From the NCBI GenBank assembly GCA_040954595.2, contig CM082589.2:248001-312000 (forward strand): 64,000 nucleotides of DNA, written 5' to 3'. Source of the DNA: Balanoglossus misakiensis. Lineage: Eukaryota; Animalia; Hemichordata. Positions 1 to 12,149 of the stretch are shown here, one piece after another. How positions within the stretch are numbered: position 1 is the first letter of the stretch; the number at the start of each line of letters is the position of its first letter. The translations under genes were made by a program, and so were the position numbers. Below the pieces are notes generated by a model. That model was not told where the DNA came from, did no database searches, and saw only the letters and a program-made list of their open reading frames with translations.

Positions 1-68
1 ATCAAGTATGTTTATGATTGGTTCTTAGAACTGGATATTAACATTTCAAATCATTTGTTTTGCTACAG

Positions 69-1014
69 GTATTCCCTCCATCATTCCGAGAACTACCACC
101 ACCATCTCTCGATCTTTTTGACCTGGATGAACAGTTCTCATCCGAGAAAGTCAGGCTTGCTCAAATCACAAACAAATGTAAGTATGATTCTCCTGTTTAA
201 AAAATTATCAGTTTTGCTTATTAAACCTTAAGTGGACTGCCTGATTTTGTTGCATCTTTCAGAATTGGTCAACCAGAAATATTTGTGAGAGGCAGGAAAG
301 GGCAATGGGTTATTGTCTTTCCCTAAGCCACTTCTGCCTCTCAAAAGTATGTGGCAGCTACTGTTGGCCCCTTTCCATCTCGGTATAATTATCTTGTTGA
401 ATTGCAGGTACGGATGATGACTTGGAATACTATGTACGTGAATGTGGCGAAATCCTGGGAGTTACAACCAAACTTCCTGCAGATAGTCGTGATGCTAAAC
501 ACATTCTGGAATACATCTTTGCACAAGTTGTGGAATTCAAGAAACTTAACCAGGTATGCTGAGTTTAGGCTCCTGTAATCCCCAACCCTCATCCCATACC
601 TACATGTAATAATAATCTTAAAGCTTTTTGCGCAGCTTTGATCAAAGCACTGAAAGACGGTTTGCACGCTGATTTGCTTACGAACGTATTTGCTTACGAA
701 TGGTACGTTTGTGGATAGCAATGCACATAGCAACAGTTCGGAATGTGCCGATTAGACAACTAGGTCATGATACAAGAAAAACTACACGGATGCGAGGGCG
801 CTTTTTCCCATAGGATTACACTAGGACATGAATCCAGATATATGATAATGCTATTAGGTAATTCTTTTAACAAGTGCCTAAAAGGCACTTTATTTTCTTG
901 GTCACTCAGTTAGTTTGGCATGTTTGAGCCAAGAGTGTCTTGGTTTGATTTCTGTTTCTTTTTTCTTTTCCCTAGGATCAAGATTTAGACATAAATGAAG
1001 GCCCAGAATATTGA
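69..1014 (+). CDS. IFT52: Intraflagellar transport protein 52, last three coding exons (69-177, 408-553, 976-1014); gene starts before the window
   Basis: GT-AG exons splice in frame to VFPPSFRELPPPSLDLFDLDEQFSSEKVRLAQITNKC-TDDDLEYYVRECGEILGVTTKLPADSRDAKHILEYIFAQVVEFKKLNQ-DQDLDINEGPEY*, matching the IFT52 C-terminus. Confidence 0.92.
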
Positions 1015-2590
1015 CAGCTATCGGAATCGTTTAAACTTTTGAGACAGCATACTGTAAATATGAAGTTATGTACATATGAATTACAGACTCTGTAAGGCCA
1101 TTTTCTACTTTTGATGAAGCTGTACCAAACATTCTTCCTTTCAAGTCTCAAGTTGTCGGATTCCCTGATATGTGGAATTCAGACTTATTCCTGAAAGTCA
1201 AAAGTGTTTAGGATCCAAATTTCAGAATGAAAGAAAATATGATTGACTTTCATTTGTGATCTCCATTTAAAGATTTTTCCAGGCCAAACTTAGATTTTTT
1301 ATCAACGAAGGAATTTTCTGAAAAGTATATGGTTTGCGTTTGTACAAAGGAACATGAGAGTTATTACACTGACTATATATCTTGCTTGGACATACATCAA
1401 AACAAGTTTATTTGGTTCAAATTGTAGATGTTTCCCCAGCATGTGTGCTGTTCTTAGCTGTACTGATTGACGTATCTCATACTTGGTAGTTACACAGGTC
1501 AGGTGAGGAAGTTCATTTGAACATATTTTACAAAGAATAAAAATCAAATCTCTGCCCTCAGTCAGATCCCAGTTGTAATTCACATTCCTTGTACATTTTA
1601 GTGACGTGTCTTTATGTGTAAATAAATATTGTATGGTAAACTTACAAGTGTAAATGAAGTTGTTGACTCACTGAAATCATCAACTGACAAACCTGTTTGG
1701 GCAAAAAAAGTTTTATTCAAAGTAGATAGTGTGGATTTGTGATACAATCACCTGTAAACTTGTTCACTGTAAAATACAATTTCTGTTTTCACTTATTGGT
1801 CACCCCATGTTCTTTCAACAACCTACATCATAAACTATCTTTCGCACATAAAAGTGAAAACTGGTACAGACAAAATGAGCATTGTGATATATGAATAATT
1901 TAAGTACACTAAAAAATCAAGTATATCACTATAACTGGTACATGTATTTGCAAAATTTACAAGATGCCCAAGAGGAATGCATCAACAAACAAATGAACCT
2001 TGACCCTAAAACACTTTTTTATGAATGACATTGAATTTGTTTTTTGTTGCTATTTTCCTCTTCGATAAAAAACAACTTAGTAAAAAGCCACTTATGATTG
2101 CAAGACATCAAAAATAGAAATATTCCCTCATATAAAATTACCTTAAAGGCATAAGACGTTACAAGACTTGGCCTCTAGTCTTCAAAAATACCTTCCTAGC
2201 AATCATTGAAATAAGCATTTCAGATGTACTGGTGGAAAAGAATTTGGCTATAGTGTGATAAGTAATATAAGTTTTTCAGAAGTAAGATTTTTTAAAGTCT
2301 CCACATCACTCATTCAATTGCTGGAAAAATTACATTTCCGATACAGTTTTGAAATCAGTGTTGGGTTATATCTCATAGCTAAGAATGTAGAATGTGCTGT
2401 CTGTGATTGTAAAATTATCTTAGCTCACATTGGAGCCATCATCTCTCATTGCATGTAATAATCTGTTAGTGTTACATCAAGTACTGACTTATCAGTGGAA
2501 TTGTTCTTGGATTCAGTCAATCACAAGAGTCCTTTTATCATGTCATAAATGCCGGTCTAAATGTCCTGTGCAGCGTAGAGCAGTTCTGTG

Positions 2591-4863
2591 CTATGATGAA
2601 TCAGCAGCTAAAATGACTGTATGTTGTCCACCGACAGAAACCATTATTCCTTTCCTGTCTTGTAACTGTTTCCCTTTCACCAATACTGGGCTGTATTCAT
2701 CATCTTCCTCACCTGTTCCGAGCTGTAGACAGCTACCCATACCCCAAGTATAGATTTCACCTTCAAAGAGCGAGAGAAAGAAAAATACTCAAGTACTGAT
2801 CATGTTTCCTGGAAGGATAGAACTGAAAGGGAAAGACACAGGAATGTGCTCACTATGGTGTCCTGTTCCTTGAAGTAAAAAAAAGTACTGTACCTTTGTC
2901 TGTGACCACGGCACTAACAGAACTGCCAGATCCAACATTGGCCACTTTGCCTTTCACTGAAACTTGTTTTGGAATGTGAGACTCTTCTGCATCTTCACCA
3001 AGACCCAATCGACCGTAATCTGTCCTGCCTATTGAAAAGACTTTACCTGCAACAAAAGATAAGTTGATTGTCTGAGACATGGATTGATGAAGTACCAAGT
3101 GCCTAGACACTTAAATTCAACAAGTGCACACAATATTAAATGTTGGGAATGGTTTATCTTTAATCAATAATCACTGTTACCTTTGTTATTTAGTAAAACT
3201 GTGTGATGTTGTCCTCCTGAAATTGCTGTTACTGTAATATCTGCACATGATTTCAGCAGCTGAGGCACAAACCAAGTCTTTGTCTTTTGTAGTCCTGTGG
3301 AACAATGATAACATTTCATTAGCACTCTTTTTGGACATAAGGTTTTATTGTTGTACAGTCACTAGGCCAGAACTCGGGCAATCATGGCTCATTTATGGTC
3401 AGATTTCCAGTATTTTGTTCTACCCAGACATCTATTTAGCCAATGAATACATATCTTAGAGGGCTACTTACCAATATGATGATAGTTATTGAGTCCCCAG
3501 CCAAACACACCAATATCTTGTGCACTAGCAAATGTACAGTAGGCAGTGCACCACACATTATCAAACTTCACTGGTTTTCCTTTCACCTTCCGATAATGAA
3601 CCATTCCTGGTTCTAGTAATTTTTCTACAAAAAAAGCAAAACAGTTGTCAGCAGTTGTCAAATAATGATCACCTTGATACCACTTACACTGAGTTACCAA
3701 TAGGCCACTTTCATGACCCCTATGTGACCATTACATCCTGGCATTTTGTTGGTTCATGCTGCTGCAGGTACTTACTGAGTGTTTGTCTGCCACCCCTGAA
3801 GGAGAAACATTCAGCAACTCTTCCCAGCTGACCTTGTTCTGCATTCCCCACAGAATAGATATTCCCTTCTGTTGTCAACATACACAAATGATCAGCTCCT
3901 GATGATATCTGCACCACTTTTTGATCCGGAAGTATTTCAATTGGTGTTGTGTGCTTCCCGGACATTGTCAGTCCTATCACTCCAGAGCCATCCTGGAAAA
4001 TAGATGCGGAATTAGTCACGTAATAGCCGTACAAATAAGTACACATGAGTGAGAACGGTCATAGAATTATGTGTTTCTATGCCTAGTTTTGTTTGTACCG
4101 TAGTGAGCTCTGTAAGAAGTATATATTACTTACCCTAAATGTTCCCCATGCTAAAACTTTGCCATCTTCTGCCAATGCGGCTGTGTGTGAATCACCAGCA
4201 CTGACCTGCACCACCCGTGCTGATAATGGTACAACCCCAGGTGAATACTCAGAGCCATCTTCACTTGTGTCTCGACCCAAGGCTCCTTCATCATTGCAAC
4301 CAAATGTGTAGATCTACAATGGAATAAAAAATTCAGACTGGTATAGTATACGAAATGTGTAAATATAATAAGACCTATTGCTTGTGCAACTTGTGGACTA
4401 TTCCCATACTATTCCGATACCTTTCCATACTATTCCCATACCTTGCCATGTTTTGTCAAACAGACAGTGTGCATCCCACCAGCTACAATCTGTACCACTT
4501 CTCCAGCAGCATCTTTTGGCAATGGAACCAAAGCAGGCCTCTTCCGTTCTAAGATATCTTCTCCTAATCCCAACTGACCAACATCGCCTTCACCAAAGGC
4601 TAGAACAACTCCTGGGGTAGTACAGTAACTTGGGTGTGATACAGTGACTGAAAGAAATGAAAAGTAAAACAGCTATAATACAGGGTTTCTCTGCATTTTG
4701 ATATCCTTAATCCACTGTGTTCACAGGAGGATTCCATTACTGCATCTGATACAAACAAATTATGATGAAGACGTTACTAACCTTTTATTTTCTTGTTTGG
4801 ATGATCTTCTTCTGTGTGGCTTTGAGCAGAACTTCTTTTTGCTTTTTGTTTCTTTGGAGGCAT
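2591..4863 (-). CDS. RCC1: Regulator of chromosome condensation 1 (Ran GEF), multi-exon
   Basis: Starts [10 protein letters not shown] (ATG 4863). RCC1 repeats in successive exons: [71 protein letters not shown] at 2591-2593. 5'UTR intron with donor near 5755. Confidence 0.95.
4398..4441 (-). repeat. Four imperfect copies of a ~11-nt unit (GTATGGGAATA) starting at an RCC1 splice donor
   Basis: Minus strand reads AAG|gtatgggaata gtatggaaag gtatcggaata gtatgggaata. Confidence 0.75.
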
Positions 4864-5559
4864 CTTGATGTTACCTGTTAGACCAATCATTCAAATCACA
4901 AGGAGTTAGATGAACCCCAATCCAATTCAATATTTCTTTATAAGAATGTGGCCTAAGTTATGGCCAACTTGACTCAATTAGGTAAAGACTTATGGAAGCC
5001 ATACAATTTTGCTGATTTACATCTGCACTGACTCTGTTGTAACAGGGTTCTTCTTCTGGCCTTCTCTCTGATCAGCAAGAACCTTAATTAGATTATGTGA
5101 TTATGTAGGAGTAAATTTCGATTAACATAGTACATTAAGTTTTACCATGAATTTTAATGAGGTTGTTCGCAGGTGATTTAGGACTTGCTAATAAACTGCA
5201 TATTTCTAAGAAATCTACATTAAAATGAGCTGGATGCTAGACTGTAAATTATTCAATCAATTCATTGCAAATGTTGAGTGACATAGCTTCTTGCAAGAGC
5301 AACATGGTGAGATTCACAAAGGCTACTAAAAAGAAAGAATTTCCATTCTTTACAAACCCCAAAAGTCAATACAACTGAAGTTCCAGAATCCAGGGGTCAA
5401 CAATTCAAAGGTCAGAGGTGAAAATTGTCAGTTACAATCACGGAAGCAGAGCCAAGGTACAAAGTATCTTGAATGTACACAGAATTTCATTGACATTTAG
5501 ATGATTCTCACAATACTTAAAAAAAGAAGCAAATCTTCTTTTCGAAGATTCACCCACTC

Positions 5560-6400
5560 TACTCTGAGAAGTCAACGATCATGACGATGAGATCAGGGGA
5601 TTTAAGACTCAAATGCATGATGAGGTTTTGCAGACGATCTTTCAATCAGTACACAGGAAAGCTAACATCAAATTATTTACGCTTCTGCAGTAACTGCTGA
5701 ACAAACGTTTCCATCCGGTGAGTTTCCCAATAAAGCGATTCAAGTGTTACTTACCGTTTCAACGTAGTACCTAAACTTGTCGTGTCACTTTGAATGTCAC
5801 GGCCACAACGTGTCTCATTTACGCGCTAGATTTAAACTTTGCGCATTACTTCTGCGCTGACGATCTACCCTCGTTCAAACAGAATAAACTCCAAGGGTAA
5901 AACCATGTGTATAATCATTTCTCCAGCTGATGACGACCTGTGAAAGTTTATAAATATTGATTATACATTGAAAATAGTATAACGAGAGGCAATGGAGAAG
6001 GTAATTACGCTTCAGATATTCTAAAATAAATAGATTGTTGAAAAAGGATAGTTTGGGTCAAAGGTCATCATAAATATTCGTGCCGGGTACACACACCACA
6101 CATGCACATGGTAACACTTGCAGTCGTGTTGACCCAGCAACTGCCGACTCCAGCGACCGGACATAGCTACGGAAACAGCATGACGCCCATTCTATAAATA
6201 GTGAGTATCTCAAAATTACTTTTCGCATTGTGCGTGTTTCAGAAATCCATGTTTACCAGTTACTAAGTTAGTAACACGTCACTCTAGTGTACGTTGCACG
6301 AACGCCCTCGTGATATAGACATGAGTCAGTCTGGTCGTGTATGATTACACACATCTCGTATCTTCTCTTATTGGAAGCGCCTGTCGCTTAGAATTTAGTG
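5560..6400. promoter_or_regulatory. Divergent CpG-rich promoter region shared by RCC1 (-) and ICE1 (+)
   Basis: Local rise in CpG between CpG-poor gene bodies. Outward-facing 5'UTR splice donors near 5755 (-) and 6201 (+). Confidence 0.6.
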
Positions 6401-6855
6401 GAAACGAGTTTACATTACATTCTGAGTCATATTTAGCTTATGTTTGTCACAGAAATATACATAGATATGTACATATTATATTGTACACCGTGTCTATCTA
6501 GCATTGCAGCAAGGCATTTGTGTTCTAGGGCTTCTGCACCAGTTGTAATCCCAATACGAGTTCTCCAATGCTGCAACTGATATGCTAGGATCATTGACGA
6601 CCCTGGCTAAAGGTAGTTGTAGGCGGTGGATGGAAGATAGCTGTTATATGTCAACTCCAGTAACTCCAGTAAGGAAGTTTTGGTTGATGCTAGAGAACAT
6701 TGATAAGTACTGAAAACAAACTGAAATCTTGCACCTTTTGCTTACACGTGATATTGATGTTGGCTGGTCATGTTCTTTTCCTCAAGGTTTGGACAAATGT
6801 ACATCCACTGATGCAGTAGCTGTATAGCAGTAGGACTTCATTTAAACAGACTTGG

Positions 6856-9800
6856 ATGAATGTTGCCATGGATACAATGATGGGATGTAGAGGCTGTGAC
6901 AGCCTGCAAGACGAGATCAAGAAAGTGAAAGAGGAGTATGCTCTGAATTTCACCACAATCAAACAGAAAATCATCTCAACAGATAAACTGATAAGACAGT
7001 ATAGCAGTAAATGTCAGGAATTGGACACACAGACTAAAAAGGTTGAGGATATAAAAAATAAGCTGAATTTGCTACAGAAAGACAATCATGCTCTACAGAT
7101 GCAACTGCAAACAGCTTTACAGCAAGTTGGATCCCTGAAACAGGAACTGAGCGAGAGTAAAGAGTCAAAGGCAAAGATTTCTCAAGAAAAGTTAAAGCTT
7201 GAAGAAGAGCATGGTGCCTGTCGAAATTTGTTTCACCAGCTGGAAAATCGACTGCAAGAGAAAGATGAACTGGAGGGACGTTTGAATGACCAGTGTAGAA
7301 AGTTGAAACAGGACCTTGAAAAAACACAAAAAGTGTTGGCCAAACAAGAGAAGTGCAGTGACAAACTGAAAGAGACTCTTGAAATAAATAAACAGCAGTT
7401 GCAAGAAGAAAAGAAGAGTAAGAAATCCTTGCAGAAACAGCTGGAGGGAGCAGAGAAATTATTAAAGAAATATGAACATTTGAATTTAGGTGACAACAGA
7501 AAGGGTTTGAAGAGACAGGAAGAAGTCTGGTCAGATTGTTGGAGCAAAAATGAACAATTCACGACATGTGATAATGATGATGTAGAATCCAGAATTTTTT
7601 CAGAACTGAAATCTGTGATTCAGTTTTCAGCAACAGAGCTTCCAACTCAGTTGATGCCACTTCCAATTTCACCAGTTTCTTCTTGTTATGATAGTGATGA
7701 AGAACTCGATGCTGTCTGTAGTGAGATTGATCAAGCTTTGGATTCTTACAGCCAGGATTTGAGGGTGACCCCGTCCAGTGACAGAGATCACAATGAGAGC
7801 AGCTTACTTTGTGATTTCCAGGATGCAAGTCTTCTGGCAGAGAATGAGGCCGAAGAATCATCATCTGATCATCAAGATATTTCCAAAGCCAACACACTAT
7901 CAGAAACAACAAACAAAGACTCTGATGATCAACATCAAAACAATATGGCAGACTGTCAGACAGAACCTGCTATGACAGTGTCCATGCCCAGCGAACATTT
8001 CCGTTGCTCGACTCCAAAAATGAAAGAAAATATAGACTCTGAAAAGAACGAAGCAAATATTGTGTCGACAGACACAAAATTAGCAGAACAAAATGACACT
8101 GGTGATGAACATGAAAGTAAGAAACAAACTGTTGATATTGAATCAAAGCCGAATAAATTGCCTGCAAAATGTGTTGCACCAGAACTTTCTGACAATCAAG
8201 CAAGGGGTGCTGTAACAGTCAGTGATGAACAAAATGAACACAGTAAGGACACTTGTATCACAAAATCAGGTACAGTGACCAGGGAAGTGACAGAACCGTG
8301 CACAAATTCTGGTTTGCAGGTTGCAGATCCAAAAGCTGACAAAGTGGTTTTCCATGCAGCGACCCAGATTATTGACAATCACAACTGTGACAACAAGGAG
8401 CCACCTCAAATCTCACAAAAGGGAGATTCAAATGACATTAGTGATCAGAAAGAAACAGATAAACCTTCCAGTGATCATCCAGGTGAAGTGTTGCCTTGCC
8501 AACCAGGTGAAGAGTTGCCATGCCAAGCAGACATTTGCATGACAAGTCCAGAATCACCTGTTGTACCAACTAGGCAATCGGGAGAAGATATCTCTGATGA
8601 AAAGACTGGCAAGAAAGGTAAAACACCAAGATGCAAATTACAATGTGTGACTGATGGGATTGAAAGGGAGGATGCACCAGCTCATTCCTTCTCAGAAAAT
8701 AAAGCCACGAGAGCCAGGAGTCAAAGACAACAGGAAAAGAGTGATGGGGTCAAGGTTGAGAGTGCAGAGGTCAATGGCAGTGTCACAAAGAAAAGACCTT
8801 ATACCAGATCACAATCCAGAGACAGCAGCTCCGATGAAAGAACGAAGAAAAGGACAAAGAAATGTTCTGAAGAAGAGGAATCTGTTGAAAATCAGCAAGA
8901 CTCCACTAAAAATGTGCATGCAAAGATTTCCAAGGTGCAAAATATACAGTTGACTGTGCCTGATGCAACAAGACTGAGTAATAATGAATTTCCAGATGCA
9001 TCAGGAAATGAAAGCAGCCCAGGTGTTGTTACAAGAGCTCGGGCAAGATTGTGCAAATCTAAGGCAAATTCTCTGACACCGGAATCATCTACACTGCAGT
9101 GCCGGAAGAGAACTGTCGGTGAAGTAAATGCAAGTACATGTAGTAGTGCATCGAAGAAAACCAAGAATAAAATTGTCACTTCGGAGGAAGCTGTAAAACA
9201 GGAGACTAAATCTCACAATGTCACTCAGGAGGTGCAGTGTGAAAGTTACAGTGGTGATAATGAAGTGTTTCCTAAATCTCAAAAGTTGAAAGAAGGGAAG
9301 AATGTTGTATCAGAGGGAACACCACTGTCACCTCATGTTGAAAAGACTTCATCAAACACAGTTGTCACACAGACTCCGAATTGTACTGTGACATCAGCAG
9401 AGACAGACACATCACAAATAAATCCAACTGCATTTGATGTCATCCATGACATGGCCCAGTGGGACTTGACAAAAGCTTTGTCACCCTTACCTATGTCACC
9501 TGTACATGAAGCAGACACCCCTGATCCTGAAATGGTATCTCCCACCATATCACCCCTGCCACAAGTGCTGACTCTCCCTCGGAGAATAGTATCACCTTGT
9601 CAGTTCAAAGCAACCGCTCCAAAAGATGCAATCTCTGTCACACCTTACCCGCTCAGTGCAGCGAGAAATCTTCTACAAGCCTTGGAAGGCAAACCCTGCA
9701 AAACTGTATCTATCAGCAAGATTGCTGACAGAAATCAACTGACTAGAACAAGTGCAGAGATTGACAGAACAGAGAAGAACATCGGTGCTGACATCAGACA

Positions 9801-11391
9801 GAAAGAGAACAGTGTGATGAACAGTAACGTAAATGCAGCAGTGAAAGAAGACACCATGGTGGGCAACATCCGAGAGATCTCAAAATTAGAAACACCATCG
9901 GTGGAAAAAGCTTCGTGCAAAGAACGAGAGTTTGGTCGTGTTGTGAAAGAAGAATTACAAGCAGCTACTAAGGCCAGTGAAGGAGTGATTGAGGAATTTG
10001 ATTTGGCTGATTATGATACATTTGATGATGATTCTGTCAAGATCAATTCAAGAAACGACAAACCGTGTAGGGGAAGTGTTGATGATTCAAATAAGCCAAT
10101 CGGTGATGTGTGGGGAGACATTGCTTCGGACAAAGTACTGGGTGTAAATAACAAACGGAAGAAAAAGAAATCAAAGAAGAAGAAAAAGAAAGGAACTGTA
10201 AAGGCAAGTGCAACATCGGAAGGCGTGACCCCATTTGCATACAAGAAACTTGGTGTGGCAGATGATAAACTGAATGAAGTTCTTCATAAAATTAAGTGTA
10301 TGGCTGAAGTGAAGGCTGTTAATGCTGTAGTTGCAGCGGTCATCCAATACACAACGCTGTTTGCTGTGGATTTAATGCCAGTCATTGCCACCAAATGTTG
10401 GAACAATAACAACAATCCCAGACCCGTGTTGACACCACAAGAAGAAAGCATTGCTGCAGCTCTTACAGAGAGACTTTCATCTCTGCCAAGTAATGTTCAT
10501 CATGGAATTCTGAAGGGTCTGCATAAGGGTGTGATGATAGGAAGTGATCTGATGCAGTGTCTGTCGCTGTGCAGGATCTATGTCGGTCTGTCCAGACTTC
10601 TCAACTGTAAAGACGGTATCTGCGTCCTTTGCTATGACATGTTCCAACAGAACAGACCTGATGTTCTTCATCATTTGTTGGCCATTGTTGGTGTGTGGCC
10701 AGCATTGTTGAGAAAGCATGGCAACGGTGTGCAGCCTGTCATAAATGCGCTGGAGTTTGTGACGCAGAAGAAGTTGTCAGTGGTGAGCGATCAACAACAG
10801 AAAGTAGTGATGGAGAAATATTTGTCTCTGATGTGTGGCTGGCAGATAGGAAAACAGACAGCTGAGAAGATATCAGAGGTACTGCTGAATGAAATCAAAC
10901 ACAAAGTCTTGGTTTTGGAACAGAACAATGAAAGCATGCTCACAGCAGTGGGCTTTGAAATTGCCAAAGCCATGGAATTAGTGGCGCAGTACCAGGGCTG
11001 GGAATGGACAAATAACTGGTTGATCAGAGAAGCGTTTTGGCCAATACTTCGAGAGTGGAGTCAGAAACTGAAAGATGACCTCAACACTAACTGCAGCAGA
11101 GTCATTATGCTGTTTCATATCATCAAAGAGGTCAGTGTGATTGGCCTCGCTGCGAACAAATCATCCGTGGTTGAACTTCTCAAGATGTTGTGCAGTGTTC
11201 TGGCACAGACCAGCATTCCATGGGCCGTGCAGTGTAGTTTAGCAAGATGTATTCTGTACCTGGCAATCTCTGATCCTCCACATGGTCTGATGGCTCTGCA
11301 GACATGGCAAACACAGGCACAGAAACCGATCGGACGGGATATCAAGAATGGAATAGAGAAACTGAAACTCTGTGTCAAAGACAAGAAGTGA
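6856..11391 (+). CDS. ICE1: Little elongation complex subunit 1 (ICE1/KIAA0947), single coding exon, 1511 aa
   Basis: N-terminal CRGCDSL...TIKQKIISTDKLIRQYSSKCQEL coiled coil and C-terminal GWEWTNNWLIREAFWPILREW helical domain match ICE1; long Ser/Pro/acidic low-complexity middle. Confidence 0.85.
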   Translation: MNVAMDTMMGCRGCDSLQDEIKKVKEEYALNFTTIKQKIISTDKLIRQYSSKCQELDTQTKKVEDIKNKLNLLQKDNHALQMQLQTALQQVGSLKQELSESKESKAKISQEKLKLEEEHGACRNLFHQLENRLQEKDELEGRLNDQCRKLKQDLEKTQKVLAKQEKCSDKLKETLEINKQQLQEEKKSKKSLQKQLEGAEKLLKKYEHLNLGDNRKGLKRQEEVWSDCWSKNEQFTTCDNDDVESRIFSELKSVIQFSATELPTQLMPLPISPVSSCYDSDEELDAVCSEIDQALDSYSQDLRVTPSSDRDHNESSLLCDFQDASLLAENEAEESSSDHQDISKANTLSETTNKDSDDQHQNNMADCQTEPAMTVSMPSEHFRCSTPKMKENIDSEKNEANIVSTDTKLAEQNDTGDEHESKKQTVDIESKPNKLPAKCVAPELSDNQARGAVTVSDEQNEHSKDTCITKSGTVTREVTEPCTNSGLQVADPKADKVVFHAATQIIDNHNCDNKEPPQISQKGDSNDISDQKETDKPSSDHPGEVLPCQPGEELPCQADICMTSPESPVVPTRQSGEDISDEKTGKKGKTPRCKLQCVTDGIEREDAPAHSFSENKATRARSQRQQEKSDGVKVESAEVNGSVTKKRPYTRSQSRDSSSDERTKKRTKKCSEEEESVENQQDSTKNVHAKISKVQNIQLTVPDATRLSNNEFPDASGNESSPGVVTRARARLCKSKANSLTPESSTLQCRKRTVGEVNASTCSSASKKTKNKIVTSEEAVKQETKSHNVTQEVQCESYSGDNEVFPKSQKLKEGKNVVSEGTPLSPHVEKTSSNTVVTQTPNCTVTSAETDTSQINPTAFDVIHDMAQWDLTKALSPLPMSPVHEADTPDPEMVSPTISPLPQVLTLPRRIVSPCQFKATAPKDAISVTPYPLSAARNLLQALEGKPCKTVSISKIADRNQLTRTSAEIDRTEKNIGADIRQKENSVMNSNVNAAVKEDTMVGNIREISKLETPSVEKASCKEREFGRVVKEELQAATKASEGVIEEFDLADYDTFDDDSVKINSRNDKPCRGSVDDSNKPIGDVWGDIASDKVLGVNNKRKKKKSKKKKKKGTVKASATSEGVTPFAYKKLGVADDKLNEVLHKIKCMAEVKAVNAVVAAVIQYTTLFAVDLMPVIATKCWNNNNNPRPVLTPQEESIAAALTERLSSLPSNVHHGILKGLHKGVMIGSDLMQCLSLCRIYVGLSRLLNCKDGICVLCYDMFQQNRPDVLHHLLAIVGVWPALLRKHGNGVQPVINALEFVTQKKLSVVSDQQQKVVMEKYLSLMCGWQIGKQTAEKISEVLLNEIKHKVLVLEQNNESMLTAVGFEIAKAMELVAQYQGWEWTNNWLIREAFWPILREWSQKLKDDLNTNCSRVIMLFHIIKEVSVIGLAANKSSVVELLKMLCSVLAQTSIPWAVQCSLARCILYLAISDPPHGLMALQTWQTQAQKPIGRDIKNGIEKLKLCVKDKK

Positions 11392-12149
11392 TGTTCTTGA
11401 AGTGCCAGTGTTTGGTTGATTTTCTACATTTATCAGTACCGGTACATTGTGCAGCTGTTTTTGAAGTACATGTATCATTATTTCTGTTTTCTATATTTTG
11501 TAGATTTTGCATCTTTTGTATTTGAAATATATAGTTTTTTAAAGAACAAGAAAAACCATCTTTCATTCACATTTGCAACAAAGAAAAATGAAGCCACTCT
11601 AAAATGTTATTTCTTTTATTAACTACAAAGATTTTTGTCACAAAGTTTCAAGTGAGAACATACTAGTAAATACTGAAATGTTAAAACTATGTAGAATGTT
11701 GCCGGTAATTTCTATTCAACTGAAATGAAAATTTGACAAAGTACATTTATGTCTTGTGAATATCTTTGTGATTTTCAGATTCAAATGTGAAAAACAAGTT
11801 CTGGTCTCTGTACTTTGACTGTTGTATTGCATGATAGAAATAGATCTGTGGCAAAGTATTCTCCAAGCATTTGGTAAGTCCTATCTGTGTTGATTTGATT
11901 AACTCAAGTTAGAAGGTCAAACTGAGAATTCTCAGAATTTTTTTCCAAGAGAGACTTTATACATATGGTGGCAATAAACTGTTCAAAACTGGTCACTGGA
12001 TGGCGTCTTTCATTTTCATCAACCATAGTTTTACATGTACATGAATCAAACATGGCAGCTTGAAAAAATTTACATGACCAAGAAGAGAGTCTTCAGCTTG
12101 TATTTGCATGATACAAGTTCATCTCAACAAGATGAATACAAAGTTTCAG

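Noticed and set aside
5617-5700. C/D-box-like ATGATGA...CTGA pair
   Set aside because: Antisense to the host intron, no terminal stem and no recognisable rRNA guide.
4877-5754. U17/SNORA73 snoRNA in the RCC1 5' intron, as in the vertebrate U17 host gene
   Set aside because: Could not find the conserved AUAUUCCUA and AAACCAU motifs on the minus strand; an Infernal/Rfam search would be needed to exclude it.
7034-11478. Many antisense and alternate-frame ORFs over ICE1 (likewise over the GT31, Ig and Kelch genes)
   Set aside because: Shadow ORFs of long coding exons with no independent motifs.
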